NCBI GenBank assembly: GCA_965279515.1
Contig: CBDIID010000003.1
Span: 2,848,001-2,912,000 of the forward strand
Length of the DNA: 64,000 nucleotides
Reading direction: 5' to 3'
Source: Turneriella sp.
GTDB taxonomy: Bacteria > Spirochaetota > Leptospiria > Turneriellales > Turneriellaceae
Positions 20,456 through 30,342 of the stretch are shown one piece after another. A program made the position numbers and the translations under genes. The notes under the pieces are model-generated. The model was not told where the DNA came from. It was given only the letters and a program-made list of their open reading frames with translations, and did not search any database. Position 1 is the stretch's first letter; each line of letters starts with the position of its first letter.

Positions 20456-20486
20456 TTCGCCCCCACTCCGTAGGGATGGGGGCGAA
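20456..20486 (+). terminator. Hairpin after flgE
   Basis: TTCGCCCCCA...TGGGGGCGAA stem; weak U-tract. Confidence 0.55.
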
Positions 20487-20539
20487 CATTTGTTCGCCAT
20501 TGGTTTGACTTCCCATGTGCCGAAGCCGATAATCCCCTT

Positions 20540-21352
20540 ATGTCGAGACCCGCCCTCGTAGAAAAGACAGTTTCGCGCCTCACACAAAAAAGGCTAGTGC
20601 GTTTTCAGATCAATGCTCTCACGAAGCAGGGCCGCAGGCAGCTGCAGCAGGTACTGACGGAATTCTTTGAAAAAGAGAATCTCAACAAGATGCATGTGCT
20701 GGCGATCCACTATGCGATCGTGGAAATTGTTTTTAATGCGCTGAAGGCAAATCTGAAATTTGCCGCCTTCCGCGAAGAGATCAAAAAACAACTCAACCGT
20801 TTTAAGATTACGGAAATCGAAGACCTGCTCCAGGTTATCATTGAAGAGCGCACACTGCGCGAATTCGCGGCAACGCGCATCATGCCCGATGTTTTAAAGA
20901 AACAGGTACAGAAAATCTTCGATCTCGAAGAAAAATACCGTACTGGTATGGGGCAGAAGCTCACCGGCGAGCAGGTCGAGATGCTTAAAAAGTTCCGCAT
21001 GCTCATCCGTGCGATCGACGCCGATGTTACTATGGAGATACTGCATTCGGGTGATGATATTCGTATCACGGTAACCAACAAGGTACCTATGCTGCAGAGA
21101 GACCTCGAACGCATCGACCAGAGCCGCCGCCGCCATGCCGAGCTCTATAAAGAAGGCAGAGCCGGCGATTTTTTCAGTTATGATAATTTAGACACCACGG
21201 AATCCGCGGGTTTTGGTATTGCGATGGTAGACCAGGGTTTTTATAAATTGGGTCTGGATCCGTTTAAACAAATGAACATCGAGACTCGCAACCGCGAGAC
21301 ACAGGTCACGCTGGCGTATCCCCGCCGGGCGTTGCTGATCCCGGCGGTATAG
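20540..21352 (+). CDS. Hypothetical protein with split GHKL/HATPase-like motifs
   Basis: N-box-like EIVFNALKAN and G2-like ESAGFGIAMV separated by a long helical insert. Confidence 0.6.
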   Translation: MSRPALVEKTVSRLTQKRLVRFQINALTKQGRRQLQQVLTEFFEKENLNKMHVLAIHYAIVEIVFNALKANLKFAAFREEIKKQLNRFKITEIEDLLQVIIEERTLREFAATRIMPDVLKKQVQKIFDLEEKYRTGMGQKLTGEQVEMLKKFRMLIRAIDADVTMEILHSGDDIRITVTNKVPMLQRDLERIDQSRRRHAELYKEGRAGDFFSYDNLDTTESAGFGIAMVDQGFYKLGLDPFKQMNIETRNRETQVTLAYPRRALLIPAV

Positions 21353-21389
21353 TTAGACCCCACCCCCTTGGCCGAAGGCCGAGGTTGGG

Positions 21390-23042
21390 TTAGTTCCGGA
21401 CTTCGGCCGCGGCCTCTTTGGCGCCTTTAGAATACGAAAACATGATAATCACCAGTGCAAGCGTCGCATACGCAGCGGCGATGCTGTAAGGTGTCGGCCC
21501 CGCGGGGTTCAGTTTCACTGCCCAGGGCAGGTACATATCACCGTCAATCTTGATCGAGTGCATGAGACCAAAGAGCGAAAGAAACGCGCCCACAAAAAGA
21601 TATCCTGCTGATTGGTAGAATTTGCGGTCGATGAGTTTCGCGGTAAAGGCGCCCCAGATCATCGCGGTGATAATAAAACCGTTGCCGAGCGCGATGATGG
21701 TAAACCACGATTCCTGGAAAGCGCTGCCGAAGTAGTCGAGCGTGGGTTTGATTTTCGCTGCGGTTTCAGCAGAGACGCCGCTGAGTACGCCAAACAGGCC
21801 CTGGATCTGTGCCACGAGGCCAATCATCTTGATTTTCGCGAGGTAAGGCATCGATGGCAGGATTGCCATGGTCACTGCCGTAGCATGCCGCTTGGGTGTG
21901 GAGTGGTATGACTGCTCGACAATGTCGAGACCGACGAAGATCAGAATCGGCGCAAGAGCTGCCTGGGGCAGAACCTGCGCGAGGAAGCCGATGAAACCAA
22001 AGATACCACCGAGACCAATAAAGAGACCCGTGCCCAGTGTGTATGCTGCCCGCCCACCCATGGCCTTATACGCCGGATGACCGATGTAGGGTGTCGATTG
22101 CGCCACACCGCCCGTGATGCCGGCGGCGAGGGTGGCCACCGCTTCGGCGAGCAGAATGCTGCTGGTGCGGTATGAATCACCGGCAATACGTGCGCTGGCT
22201 GTGACGTTGATGCCGCCGATGACCGTGAGCAGGGCGAAGGGAATCGCGATGGGCAAATAGACGAGGGCTTCTCTAAAACCGCCGATGAATTCGAGCGTGG
22301 GAATAGGGAAGGCGATGATGAATTTGGGTGCGATTTCGGGCGCGTGCACGACCTTCAGCACTACCAGCATGTAATAAATAATTGCGCCGCCGATGACCGA
22401 GAGAAAGACGCTGGGGAGATTAAATGGCAGGCGTATCTTGGCGACGAGCGCATAGATAATAATACCGAGCGCAACCATGCCGGCGATGGGAGTGCCGAAG
22501 ACATGCTCGAGCGGCAGAAGACCCAGGAGCGCGATACCGACACCGGCAAGGGAACCGAGTAAGCCGGCTTCGGGAACAAGCTTTTCGACATAATAGCCTA
22601 CGAACGAAAGAAAGAATTTTACCACGCCGATGATGATCATCGTCGCCATGCCGACTTTCCATGCGGCGAGGCCCGCAGCATTCGGGTCTAACCCGCCGGC
22701 TTTCGCCGCCAGGAAGGCAGGGCCGATGACGGCGAAGGCGATGCCGATGGTGGATGGCGAATCGAGGCCCAGTGGCATGGCCGTGACATTCGGGTTCTGC
22801 GTCCGCTTGGCGAGGCGGAAGGCCATAATAGTATAGATGACGTCACCGACGAGAACGCCAAAGGCGGTGCCAGGGAACATTTTTCCGTAAACGAGGTCTG
22901 CGGGAAATCCGAAGACGAGTATCAGAATCTGTGCGAGAAAGACGAGATTGGTGACGTTGTCGAGCATCAGCCCGAAGAAGGCGTTGAGGTCGCCTATTCC
23001 CATCCAACGGTATTTAAAGGTAGAGCTTTCCATGGTGGCCAT
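21390..23042 (-). CDS. AzgA/NCS2-like nucleobase permease
   Basis: GDLNAFFGL, TAMPLGLD, TPYIGHPAYKAMGGR; many TM helices. Confidence 0.85.
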   Translation of the reverse strand: MATMESSTFKYRWMGIGDLNAFFGLMLDNVTNLVFLAQILILVFGFPADLVYGKMFPGTAFGVLVGDVIYTIMAFRLAKRTQNPNVTAMPLGLDSPSTIGIAFAVIGPAFLAAKAGGLDPNAAGLAAWKVGMATMIIIGVVKFFLSFVGYYVEKLVPEAGLLGSLAGVGIALLGLLPLEHVFGTPIAGMVALGIIIYALVAKIRLPFNLPSVFLSVIGGAIIYYMLVVLKVVHAPEIAPKFIIAFPIPTLEFIGGFREALVYLPIAIPFALLTVIGGINVTASARIAGDSYRTSSILLAEAVATLAAGITGGVAQSTPYIGHPAYKAMGGRAAYTLGTGLFIGLGGIFGFIGFLAQVLPQAALAPILIFVGLDIVEQSYHSTPKRHATAVTMAILPSMPYLAKIKMIGLVAQIQGLFGVLSGVSAETAAKIKPTLDYFGSAFQESWFTIIALGNGFIITAMIWGAFTAKLIDRKFYQSAGYLFVGAFLSLFGLMHSIKIDGDMYLPWAVKLNPAGPTPYSIAAAYATLALVIIMFSYSKGAKEAAAEVRN

Positions 23043-23097
23043 GGGATAGCAAGTAGAGCGCCAAGGAGCGGGTCAAGGAAATTTGACCCGCTTTGTG

Positions 23098-24159
23098 TTA
23101 TGCGGCCGAGCGGTTATTTTTTAGCGCGATGATGCTGCGTTTGAGATCACCCAGGTCAATCGTGCGCCGTGTATAGGGGTAGTTTACGGAGTAAATGCGC
23201 AGATGTTCTGTCTTGCCCTTGGGCTGGTAGAGTCCCAACCCGCGCAGCGCCGAAGGCGGATCGATCTTCGCCAGCAGCGATTCATCGAAGACAACGAGTG
23301 CATCCACCTTGCGTGTCACACTCTCGAGCCGGGCGGCAGCATTGACGGAATCACCGAGCAGTGTATAGTCGTACTTGAGATGCGAGCCGACATTGCCCTC
23401 GCGCACGAGACCTGTGCAGAGGCCGATACCCGTGTAGAGTAGCCCCACGGGGTCGCCGGGTTTGGCCGCCTTGCGCGCATCGTCGATGCGGCGGCTGATT
23501 TCAATCGCCGCGTCGAGCGCATGCGAACCGTCGCCCGCCTTGAAGTAGGCCATCAGGCCATCGCCTGTCAGCTTTGAGATCGTACCGCCGTTTTCTGTCA
23601 CCGAGCGGTTGGCAATTTCATAAAACACTGTCAGCAGACGCTCAAATTCGGCGCTGTCGAGGTTTTCGGCGAAAGTCGTCGAAGAGAAAATGTCGGCGAA
23701 CAGGATTGTCTTCTCACTCGTCTTCAGTTTCCATGCAAGGGGGTTCTCCCCCTTTTGCAGGCCCGTGAGCACTTCGTGGGGTGAATAGCGCTCGAGCACA
23801 TAATGCGTGCGCGCCAGTGAGTTGAGCATCGTGCGGATAGGGCGTATCAGCGAGTCACCCGATTCGTCGAGGCGCACGGTCTTCATCGCCCAGTCACCGA
23901 ACTCACGCTGGCTGATGCTGTTCTCTACCTCGAGGCAGAAGATGTCCGTGTGGCGCGGGTCTTTCAGGATGCGTGCGTAACACCGGTTCAGGGCATCTTC
24001 GGGCCCCTCAAGAATCTGGTAGAACACATTGTTGAAGCAGAACAGAACTCCCGTCAACCCATCCCGCGTGTTATTGACGATCGAGCGCTCGCCGATCTGG
24101 GCAACTTCTTCGGCGCTGAGGGGCTGGGCGAAGCTGCTAATGTAGGTTAATCGTTTCAT
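23098..24159 (-). CDS. Photoactivated adenylyl cyclase (BLUF + class III cyclase)
   Basis: BLUF: RLTYIS, NNTRDGLTGVL, YQILEG, DPRH, WAM. Cyclase: FADI, KLTGDGLMA, DYTLLGDSVNAAARLE, KGK. Confidence 0.95.
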   Translation of the reverse strand: MKRLTYISSFAQPLSAEEVAQIGERSIVNNTRDGLTGVLFCFNNVFYQILEGPEDALNRCYARILKDPRHTDIFCLEVENSISQREFGDWAMKTVRLDESGDSLIRPIRTMLNSLARTHYVLERYSPHEVLTGLQKGENPLAWKLKTSEKTILFADIFSSTTFAENLDSAEFERLLTVFYEIANRSVTENGGTISKLTGDGLMAYFKAGDGSHALDAAIEISRRIDDARKAAKPGDPVGLLYTGIGLCTGLVREGNVGSHLKYDYTLLGDSVNAAARLESVTRKVDALVVFDESLLAKIDPPSALRGLGLYQPKGKTEHLRIYSVNYPYTRRTIDLGDLKRSIIALKNNRSAA

Positions 24160-24307
24160 GGACGGAAGGTATCATGGATGGTTTGTTTTGTCCAAGTTTA
24201 CACGCAAACATTGGACAAAATATTCTTCGGTATTATGTCGCCTCTTTTTTGCGTATACTCTGTTAAAGAATGTGTTGACCCCCAAAACGCCAACCCCACT
24301 GAAGATA

Positions 24308-25138
24308 ATGTTCAAATTCCGTTGGATTTACACTTTATTGCTTTCGGCGCCTGTTTTCGCAGCGCCTGCCCCAACCCCCGCTAAACTACCGAACTTTTAC
24401 AATGAGACGATGAATTTTCGTATTGTCTGGAAAGGCATACCCGCCGGCGACGTCACAATGCGCACGCGCACAGACGGCGATAAATTCATCAACATCAATG
24501 CCCGCGTGAACTCGCTGGCTGCCGTTCATGGCATCTATTACGTGCAGGGCGTTTTCGCCAGCAAGTGGAATCACATCACCAAGACTCCCGTGATTGCTTA
24601 CGAAGAAGCCTTTCAGGGCGATGCCTACCAGCGCCGCAAGTTTCGTTTTGGCGCAGGCAAGGTGAATGTCGACAAGAACGAAAAAAAATTCCAGGAACAT
24701 AGCTATCCGCACACCGACACATTGAAAGGTGAATGGAAAGAAAATTATGATGTGAATACCAAGGGCGGTTATCAGGATCTCATGGGTGCGTTCTATTATG
24801 TTCGAAGCACCGGGCGCGTTCCCCGCGTCGGTGAAGTGCTGAGGGTGCCTGTGTTGCCTGCCGGCTCACGCCGGACCCTGGTTCTGAAAGTTCTCGGCCG
24901 CGAAACGCGCAACGATATCCCGTTCTTTGGCACACGCGAGATTATCCATGTGAAATCCGCGCTGGTCGACGATGTGAATAACAAAACGCAGGCGGGCAGT
25001 AACCTGTTCTTTAATACGCAGAGCCAGATTGAGATGTGGATTACCGCCGACGCGGATTTTGTCCCGGTCAAAATCTGGACCGAGGTGCCATATTTAGGCA
25101 CGGCGTATATTCTGCTTGAGAATTACACACAACCGTAA
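24308..25138 (+). CDS. Exported protein, DUF3108-like
   Basis: Signal peptide, WKGIPAG, QDLMGAFYYVR, MWITAD..VPVKI. Confidence 0.7.
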   Translation: MFKFRWIYTLLLSAPVFAAPAPTPAKLPNFYNETMNFRIVWKGIPAGDVTMRTRTDGDKFININARVNSLAAVHGIYYVQGVFASKWNHITKTPVIAYEEAFQGDAYQRRKFRFGAGKVNVDKNEKKFQEHSYPHTDTLKGEWKENYDVNTKGGYQDLMGAFYYVRSTGRVPRVGEVLRVPVLPAGSRRTLVLKVLGRETRNDIPFFGTREIIHVKSALVDDVNNKTQAGSNLFFNTQSQIEMWITADADFVPVKIWTEVPYLGTAYILLENYTQP

Positions 25139-25148
25139 GGCAAAACGC

Positions 25149-25784
25149 ATGCGCACAGTTTTATTTTACCTGGCGGCCGCGCTTTCGCTGGCGGCTGCCG
25201 ATGACAGCTGGAAATACGCCAAAGCGAGCGAAGGCGTCACTGCCTATACACGATCGGTGGCATCGTCAGGTTTCAAGGAGTATAAGGTAGAAACGGAGGT
25301 CGACGCGACGCTGACCCAGGTCGTGGCGATGCTGATGTCGGTGGCCGACATGCCGCAGTGGGTCGACCGCTGCGCCGAGGCGCAGATTCTTAAAGAAATC
25401 AGCCCTACCGAATCTATCACGCGTACAGTCACCGCCTCGCCGTTTCCACTCAAGAACCGTGAAGCGATTGCGCACGGTAAACTGGTACAAGATCCGCAGA
25501 CTAAAATTGTGACGATGACGGCCACGGGCCGCTCCGATTTTATTCCGCCCGATTCAAAATACGAACGCGTGGTAAAGGTGCGCGGCACCTGGATTCTCGA
25601 GCCGAAGCCGGGCGGTAAGGTTCACATCAAAATGATTGGTCACACCGACCCCGGTGGTGTTATTCCGGCGGCGATTGCGAACCAGTTTGTCGTCATGATA
25701 CCGTTTAATACCATTAAAAACTTGCGCAATCAGATAAAGAAAGAAAAGTACGTCAAGGCTAAGCTGAAATACATTCGGGACTAG
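25149..25784 (+). CDS. Secreted START-domain lipid-binding protein
   Basis: Signal peptide, PQWVDRC, PFPLKNR, HTDPGGVIP. Confidence 0.85.
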   Translation: MRTVLFYLAAALSLAAADDSWKYAKASEGVTAYTRSVASSGFKEYKVETEVDATLTQVVAMLMSVADMPQWVDRCAEAQILKEISPTESITRTVTASPFPLKNREAIAHGKLVQDPQTKIVTMTATGRSDFIPPDSKYERVVKVRGTWILEPKPGGKVHIKMIGHTDPGGVIPAAIANQFVVMIPFNTIKNLRNQIKKEKYVKAKLKYIRD

Positions 25785-25796
25785 TCAGGGGGCAAC

Positions 25797-26273
25797 GTGT
25801 CAGTAACGAACCGTAAAGGAATCATTCTGTGTGTCGACGATGAACCCGGCGTGCTCGCGACGCTGAAAGAACAATTGCTCGCGGATTTTATGCCGACACA
25901 TGAAGTTGTCACAGCGACTTCCGGAGAAGAAGCCCTGGCATTTGTCGAAGCCGCTCGCTCTGAGCATGAAATTATCGAACTGATTATCACCGATCAGATG
26001 ATGCCGACCATGAAGGGCGACGAATTTCTAAAACGTGTTCACTCGATTTTGCCCGAGACCATGAAGATTCTGCTTACCGGCCATGCCGGCCTCGATTCGG
26101 CGATTAAAGCGATCAACGAGGGCGGTCTCAACCGTTATATTGAAAAACCCTGGAATGCCGAAGCGATGCGCGATGACATCAAAGGTCTCATTGGCAAGTT
26201 CAGGCAGAACCTCGAAAACCAATACCTTCTGAATAATCTCGAAGCTCGCATACGCGAACTCAGCCAGGCATGA
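25797..26273 (+). CDS. Response regulator receiver protein
   Basis: CVDDE, ITDQMMP, LLTG, EKPW; short helical tail, no DNA-binding domain. Confidence 0.92.
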   Translation: MSVTNRKGIILCVDDEPGVLATLKEQLLADFMPTHEVVTATSGEEALAFVEAARSEHEIIELIITDQMMPTMKGDEFLKRVHSILPETMKILLTGHAGLDSAIKAINEGGLNRYIEKPWNAEAMRDDIKGLIGKFRQNLENQYLLNNLEARIRELSQA

Positions 26274-27613
26274 AACGCCGCATCGTTTCGCTGTTTGCAC
26301 TGGCCGCCGTCCTTACGGGCGGTGTGGTTTTCCTGGGTGCAGCGCCGGGCGCAACGAAGAACATCCGCCGGATTTCCGAAGTACTCAATACGGGAGAGCC
26401 GTTTTCCATTATTGCGGCGATACCCGATGTCAGCGGCTTTACCGCAAAACTGCGCGAAGGCGATGCGATGCGCGCTTTTTTTGATTCGCCGCTGGGATTA
26501 CATTTTCTGCGCTCAGCGCCAACACGGGGCGCCGCGCATTTACACCGTCTTATTTCGCTGGCACCCAAATCGTGGCAGTGGAACCTGTATACACTGCTGA
26601 CCGACGGGCCGGTATTTTACCGTTCCGCGGGAAAAAAATTCTCCCTGGTTGTGGCTCTCAATAACCGCGGTAAACTCATTACCTCGCTGGTCGCCAATGC
26701 CCACGCCGCCAAGGAAGGTGATTGGCTGGTCATTGCTTCCGACAAAGAAACCCTGGAAGCGCAGCAAACATACCTGCGTAAACCCACCAGCCGCGAGTTT
26801 GCGCTGGATGCCTATCTGGGCGATGGCGTGACGCTGGCGATTGCGGTCGGTAATGCCGGCGATAGCGCGAAGAAAAAAAGCCTCACACGTGCGCTGTTGC
26901 AGCAGGCTTTCGGCGCAGAATCTTTTGCCGGGTGCAATTTCAAAATCAGGCCCGGTGGCGACGCGCTGGGCCTGGAGGGCGAATGCCCGCGCGGCAGCGA
27001 GGCTGTTGCGGGTGTGGATGAAAAAATCAGCCTGGGTAATTTTCCGGGTTATGCGTATTTCCGCAAAGCCGGTGCGAAAACGGCGCATGTCATTGCGCTG
27101 GGTGGCTTTGCAGCCGACGCGGGATACCTCATACCGCACCTCTTCTACTCGGGCCCCGCGACGGATCAAAAGAGCATCGAGTTCTTAAGCCAGGCGTTTA
27201 AGACGAAGGGACACAAGGTTGAGGTAAAAGGCGATGCCCTGCAAATTGTATATCCGTCACCGTATTCATACCGCGAAAAGAAAACCGACCTGTTTGCCCC
27301 GCACCTTGTGGCGAACCGCGAGCGCTTCTTCTGGCACAGCTATCTGGCCCTCAATGAAAAACCGCCCACGACGCTCAATGTCAGCGCCGCGTACAATTTA
27401 TTTGCTTCGGTGAAAATCTATCCGCTGCTGCACAACTCTGAGACGGCGCTAAAACAATTCGATGCCATTTATTCGCCCGGACATTTCAACGAGTTCCGCG
27501 ACGCGCTGGCGAAATCAGCGCCGACCCTGAAAAAGGCATCGCTGAAAATTTTTACGCAATCTGCCGGCAATAAACTCCGCATCGGCGGGGCGTTCAACTT
27601 TGCGGATATCTAA
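26270..27613 (+). CDS. Hypothetical exported protein
   Basis: Long ORF with N-terminal signal/TM, overlapping both neighbours in an operon. Confidence 0.7.
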   Translation: MKRRIVSLFALAAVLTGGVVFLGAAPGATKNIRRISEVLNTGEPFSIIAAIPDVSGFTAKLREGDAMRAFFDSPLGLHFLRSAPTRGAAHLHRLISLAPKSWQWNLYTLLTDGPVFYRSAGKKFSLVVALNNRGKLITSLVANAHAAKEGDWLVIASDKETLEAQQTYLRKPTSREFALDAYLGDGVTLAIAVGNAGDSAKKKSLTRALLQQAFGAESFAGCNFKIRPGGDALGLEGECPRGSEAVAGVDEKISLGNFPGYAYFRKAGAKTAHVIALGGFAADAGYLIPHLFYSGPATDQKSIEFLSQAFKTKGHKVEVKGDALQIVYPSPYSYREKKTDLFAPHLVANRERFFWHSYLALNEKPPTTLNVSAAYNLFASVKIYPLLHNSETALKQFDAIYSPGHFNEFRDALAKSAPTLKKASLKIFTQSAGNKLRIGGAFNFADI

Positions 27614-28076
27614 GATTACCGCGTTTTGCGTTCTGGCCCTCGTTGGGCTGTTATTTCCCCTGGCTGCGGTTACGCTTGAAGGCCGCCTGCCAGGCGAATA
27701 TTTCCGGGAAGATAACCCGCCGCGTTTCGGGGCTTTGATGAGCTTCGTCTCTAAAATCGATTCGGTCGTCGTTGTTCACGCAAAGATCGAAAAGCCGGAC
27801 TACACGGTGGCGAAGCAGCTGGAAAAAATTGCCAAAGGTTTCAAAATCAAACCATCCGCCCTGGAGAAAGTTTCGCTCATCGAAGGCACGATGCGCTGGC
27901 TGCAGTATAAATTCCGTAAAAAAGAGGCGGGCGGGTTTGTCTATATCACGCGCCAGGAAAACCGTTTTATCTACCTGGTGATTTTTAATTTGCGTTACGA
28001 AACGTTATCGCGCGATCTGCCCTACATAGACCGCTACATTAAACAACTGCAACTCAAGGAGACACAGGATGAGTGA
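27600..28076 (+). CDS. Hypothetical exported protein
   Basis: Signal peptide; overlaps the flanking genes. Confidence 0.65.
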   Translation: MRISKITAFCVLALVGLLFPLAAVTLEGRLPGEYFREDNPPRFGALMSFVSKIDSVVVVHAKIEKPDYTVAKQLEKIAKGFKIKPSALEKVSLIEGTMRWLQYKFRKKEAGGFVYITRQENRFIYLVIFNLRYETLSRDLPYIDRYIKQLQLKETQDE

Positions 28077-28542
28077 TTTGACAGGAACAATATTACCTAA
28101 GCTGGAACTGGCTTCTTCCGCCGGCGGGTCGGTTACCTTGCCCGACGCGCTGCAAGGCAAATGGAGCTTGCTGTATTTTTACCCGAAGGATGATACGCCG
28201 GGCTGCACCAAGCAAGCGTGCTCATACCGGGACAATATTACGGAGTTCACGAATCTCGGGGCACAGGTCTATGGTGTCAGTCTCGATGACCTCACTTCGC
28301 ATGCGGCTTTCAAAGAGAAATTTTCCCTGAATTTTCCTTTGCTGTATGATAAGGATAAACTGCTCAGCGAAACCCTGGGTGTCTATGGGGAAACAACGAT
28401 CAAGGAGCGCGTCTTCAAGGGACTCTCGCGTGATACGTTTCTGATTAATCCCGAGGGAAAAATCGCCAAGGTCTACCGGAAGGTGAATCCCCTGACCACG
28501 GTGGCGGAGACACTCGCCGACCTCAAGGCCAGCATCGGTTAG
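28069..28542 (+). CDS. bcp: Peroxiredoxin Bcp
   Basis: YFYPKDDTPGCTKQAC. Confidence 0.95.
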   Translation: MSDLTGTILPKLELASSAGGSVTLPDALQGKWSLLYFYPKDDTPGCTKQACSYRDNITEFTNLGAQVYGVSLDDLTSHAAFKEKFSLNFPLLYDKDKLLSETLGVYGETTIKERVFKGLSRDTFLINPEGKIAKVYRKVNPLTTVAETLADLKASIG

Positions 28543-28547
28543 GCGGG

Positions 28548-29480
28548 TTATCCCACCTTTTTTTTGTAGGCGATGTCGCCGGTGATGTCGCTCCACAGCG
28601 CGTGCAGGTCGGTGATCGGCGTGCGCACCGTGTGGAAATGGATCTGGAAGGCCAGCAAGAGGCTCTTTGCGTGGAAATAAGCGCCGGCGAAGCGTTTCTT
28701 CATAATATCTTCTTCGCAGTTGAGTGAAATAATCAAAATCTCGCGCGTCGAGAGAATGATGCTGCGGTCGGTGTCTTTAAGGATACTGTGCACATCTTGT
28801 TTCAGCTCTTCGAGTAGTTCGCGCGCAAAACTCTCTCCCGCGAGACTCACGTACTTGGTCAGCGATTCAAAATACAAGTAGGTAAAGGTGACCGGCTGCT
28901 TTTGTGCCAGCGTGCCCCTCGTCATATCGGCAATGAGGTTCTGCGTTTCCGGAAAAAGCAGGCCGATACGGTCGTCCTTCGAAAAGCTGGAAGGAAGATA
29001 ATAACGTTCAAAGACATATTTCAGGCGCATGAGATTATCGCCAATGGGCATTTCCTTGAGAGCCAGTGCCGCGATTGTATAATCTTGCTCGTGGTAGCCG
29101 CTGTGCAGGTAATGCAGGGCATATTTCTGGCCATTGTAGTCGAAGTCCATGAGACCTGCGGCATTTTTCTCACCGGCAGCGACGGTGGAGAAGATGGCCG
29201 GTGCCAGCGCCGGGAAAATGCCGTAACTATGCCGCGTGCCGGCACTCTTCATGTCGAAAATAAACACCGCGAAAAACAGGGCCTTCAGCGATTCGAAGAA
29301 TAAATAATATTCTATGTAGCGCGAATAGATGGCGTCTTTCTTATCGTCGAGGCGTTTTTTCCAGTAACCGATCAGGGTTTCGACCAGAGCGGCATCAATT
29401 TTCTTTTCTGCTACCAGGGATTTCAGGTGAGCGACATCGATCGTATGGAAGTCGAGATAGAGGCCGGTGCGTTTATCCAT
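28548..29480 (-). CDS. Hypothetical protein, C-terminus possibly a degenerate GGDEF-like fold
   Basis: Long ORF overlapping the lipA end; secondary-structure pattern only, no GGDEF motif. Confidence 0.6.
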   Translation of the reverse strand: MDKRTGLYLDFHTIDVAHLKSLVAEKKIDAALVETLIGYWKKRLDDKKDAIYSRYIEYYLFFESLKALFFAVFIFDMKSAGTRHSYGIFPALAPAIFSTVAAGEKNAAGLMDFDYNGQKYALHYLHSGYHEQDYTIAALALKEMPIGDNLMRLKYVFERYYLPSSFSKDDRIGLLFPETQNLIADMTRGTLAQKQPVTFTYLYFESLTKYVSLAGESFARELLEELKQDVHSILKDTDRSIILSTREILIISLNCEEDIMKKRFAGAYFHAKSLLLAFQIHFHTVRTPITDLHALWSDITGDIAYKKKVG

Positions 29481-30342
29481 GGCTGCGCCGTTGCCGCTCG
29501 GCATTGAGTTTTTTCAGCGTTGCCTCGGCCATATAACTCGACCGTACAAAGGGACCGATTTCCGAGGCGAGGAATCCGCGCGTATCAGCGCTCTGTTCGA
29601 GTGCGGCAAATTCTGACGCGGAATAATTTTTCACCACCGGCGCCTGTTCGGGCGACGGGCGCAGGTATTGGCCGATCGAGACGATATCGATCGCTGCGGA
29701 TTTCATGTCGTCGAGCAGCGTTTCAACCTCTTCGGCTGTTTCACCGAGGCCCAGCATGAAGGCGCTCTTACGGATAATCTGCGGGTGCGCTGATTCGAAG
29801 AAGCGGAAAAACTGCAGTGACCGGTGGTAATCCGCCTGGGGGCGAATCGCCGGCGATAGGCGCGCCACGGTTTCCATGTTATGCGCAATGACTGCAGGCC
29901 CTGCTTCGGCGATGATATTCAGATGTTCGGCGCGGCCGTGAAAATCAGGCACCAGCAGCTCGACGGTGATACCGAGGCCGTTCAGGCTGCGCGTGATGCG
30001 CGCGAAATGGTGCGCGAGGCCCGCTTCGTCGTCGTCGCGCGCCACAGAAGTGATGACGAGGTATTTATATTTGCCATCGACCGCTGTGCGCACGATGTCA
30101 TCGTGTTCTTTCTCTGCGATCGACGCCAGCGCAACGGGTTTTGCGGTCGCAATATGGCAGAATTTGCAGGCGCGCGTGCATTCGCGGCCGCCGATTAGAA
30201 AGGTTGCAATACCCAGCGACGAACATTCATGGCGGTTGGGGCAGCGCGACTCTTCGCAGACGGTATGGACGTTTTTATAGGCAAGCAGGTTAACCCCGCC
30301 CTCAAAATTCCAGGGGATACGTTTGGCAATTGTCGGCGTCAT
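29473..30342 (-). CDS. lipA: Lipoyl synthase
   Basis: CEESRCPNRHEC, CTRACKFC, HNMETV, GQYLRP, VRSSY. Confidence 0.95.
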   Translation of the reverse strand: MTPTIAKRIPWNFEGGVNLLAYKNVHTVCEESRCPNRHECSSLGIATFLIGGRECTRACKFCHIATAKPVALASIAEKEHDDIVRTAVDGKYKYLVITSVARDDDEAGLAHHFARITRSLNGLGITVELLVPDFHGRAEHLNIIAEAGPAVIAHNMETVARLSPAIRPQADYHRSLQFFRFFESAHPQIIRKSAFMLGLGETAEEVETLLDDMKSAAIDIVSIGQYLRPSPEQAPVVKNYSASEFAALEQSADTRGFLASEIGPFVRSSYMAEATLKKLNAERQRRSHG

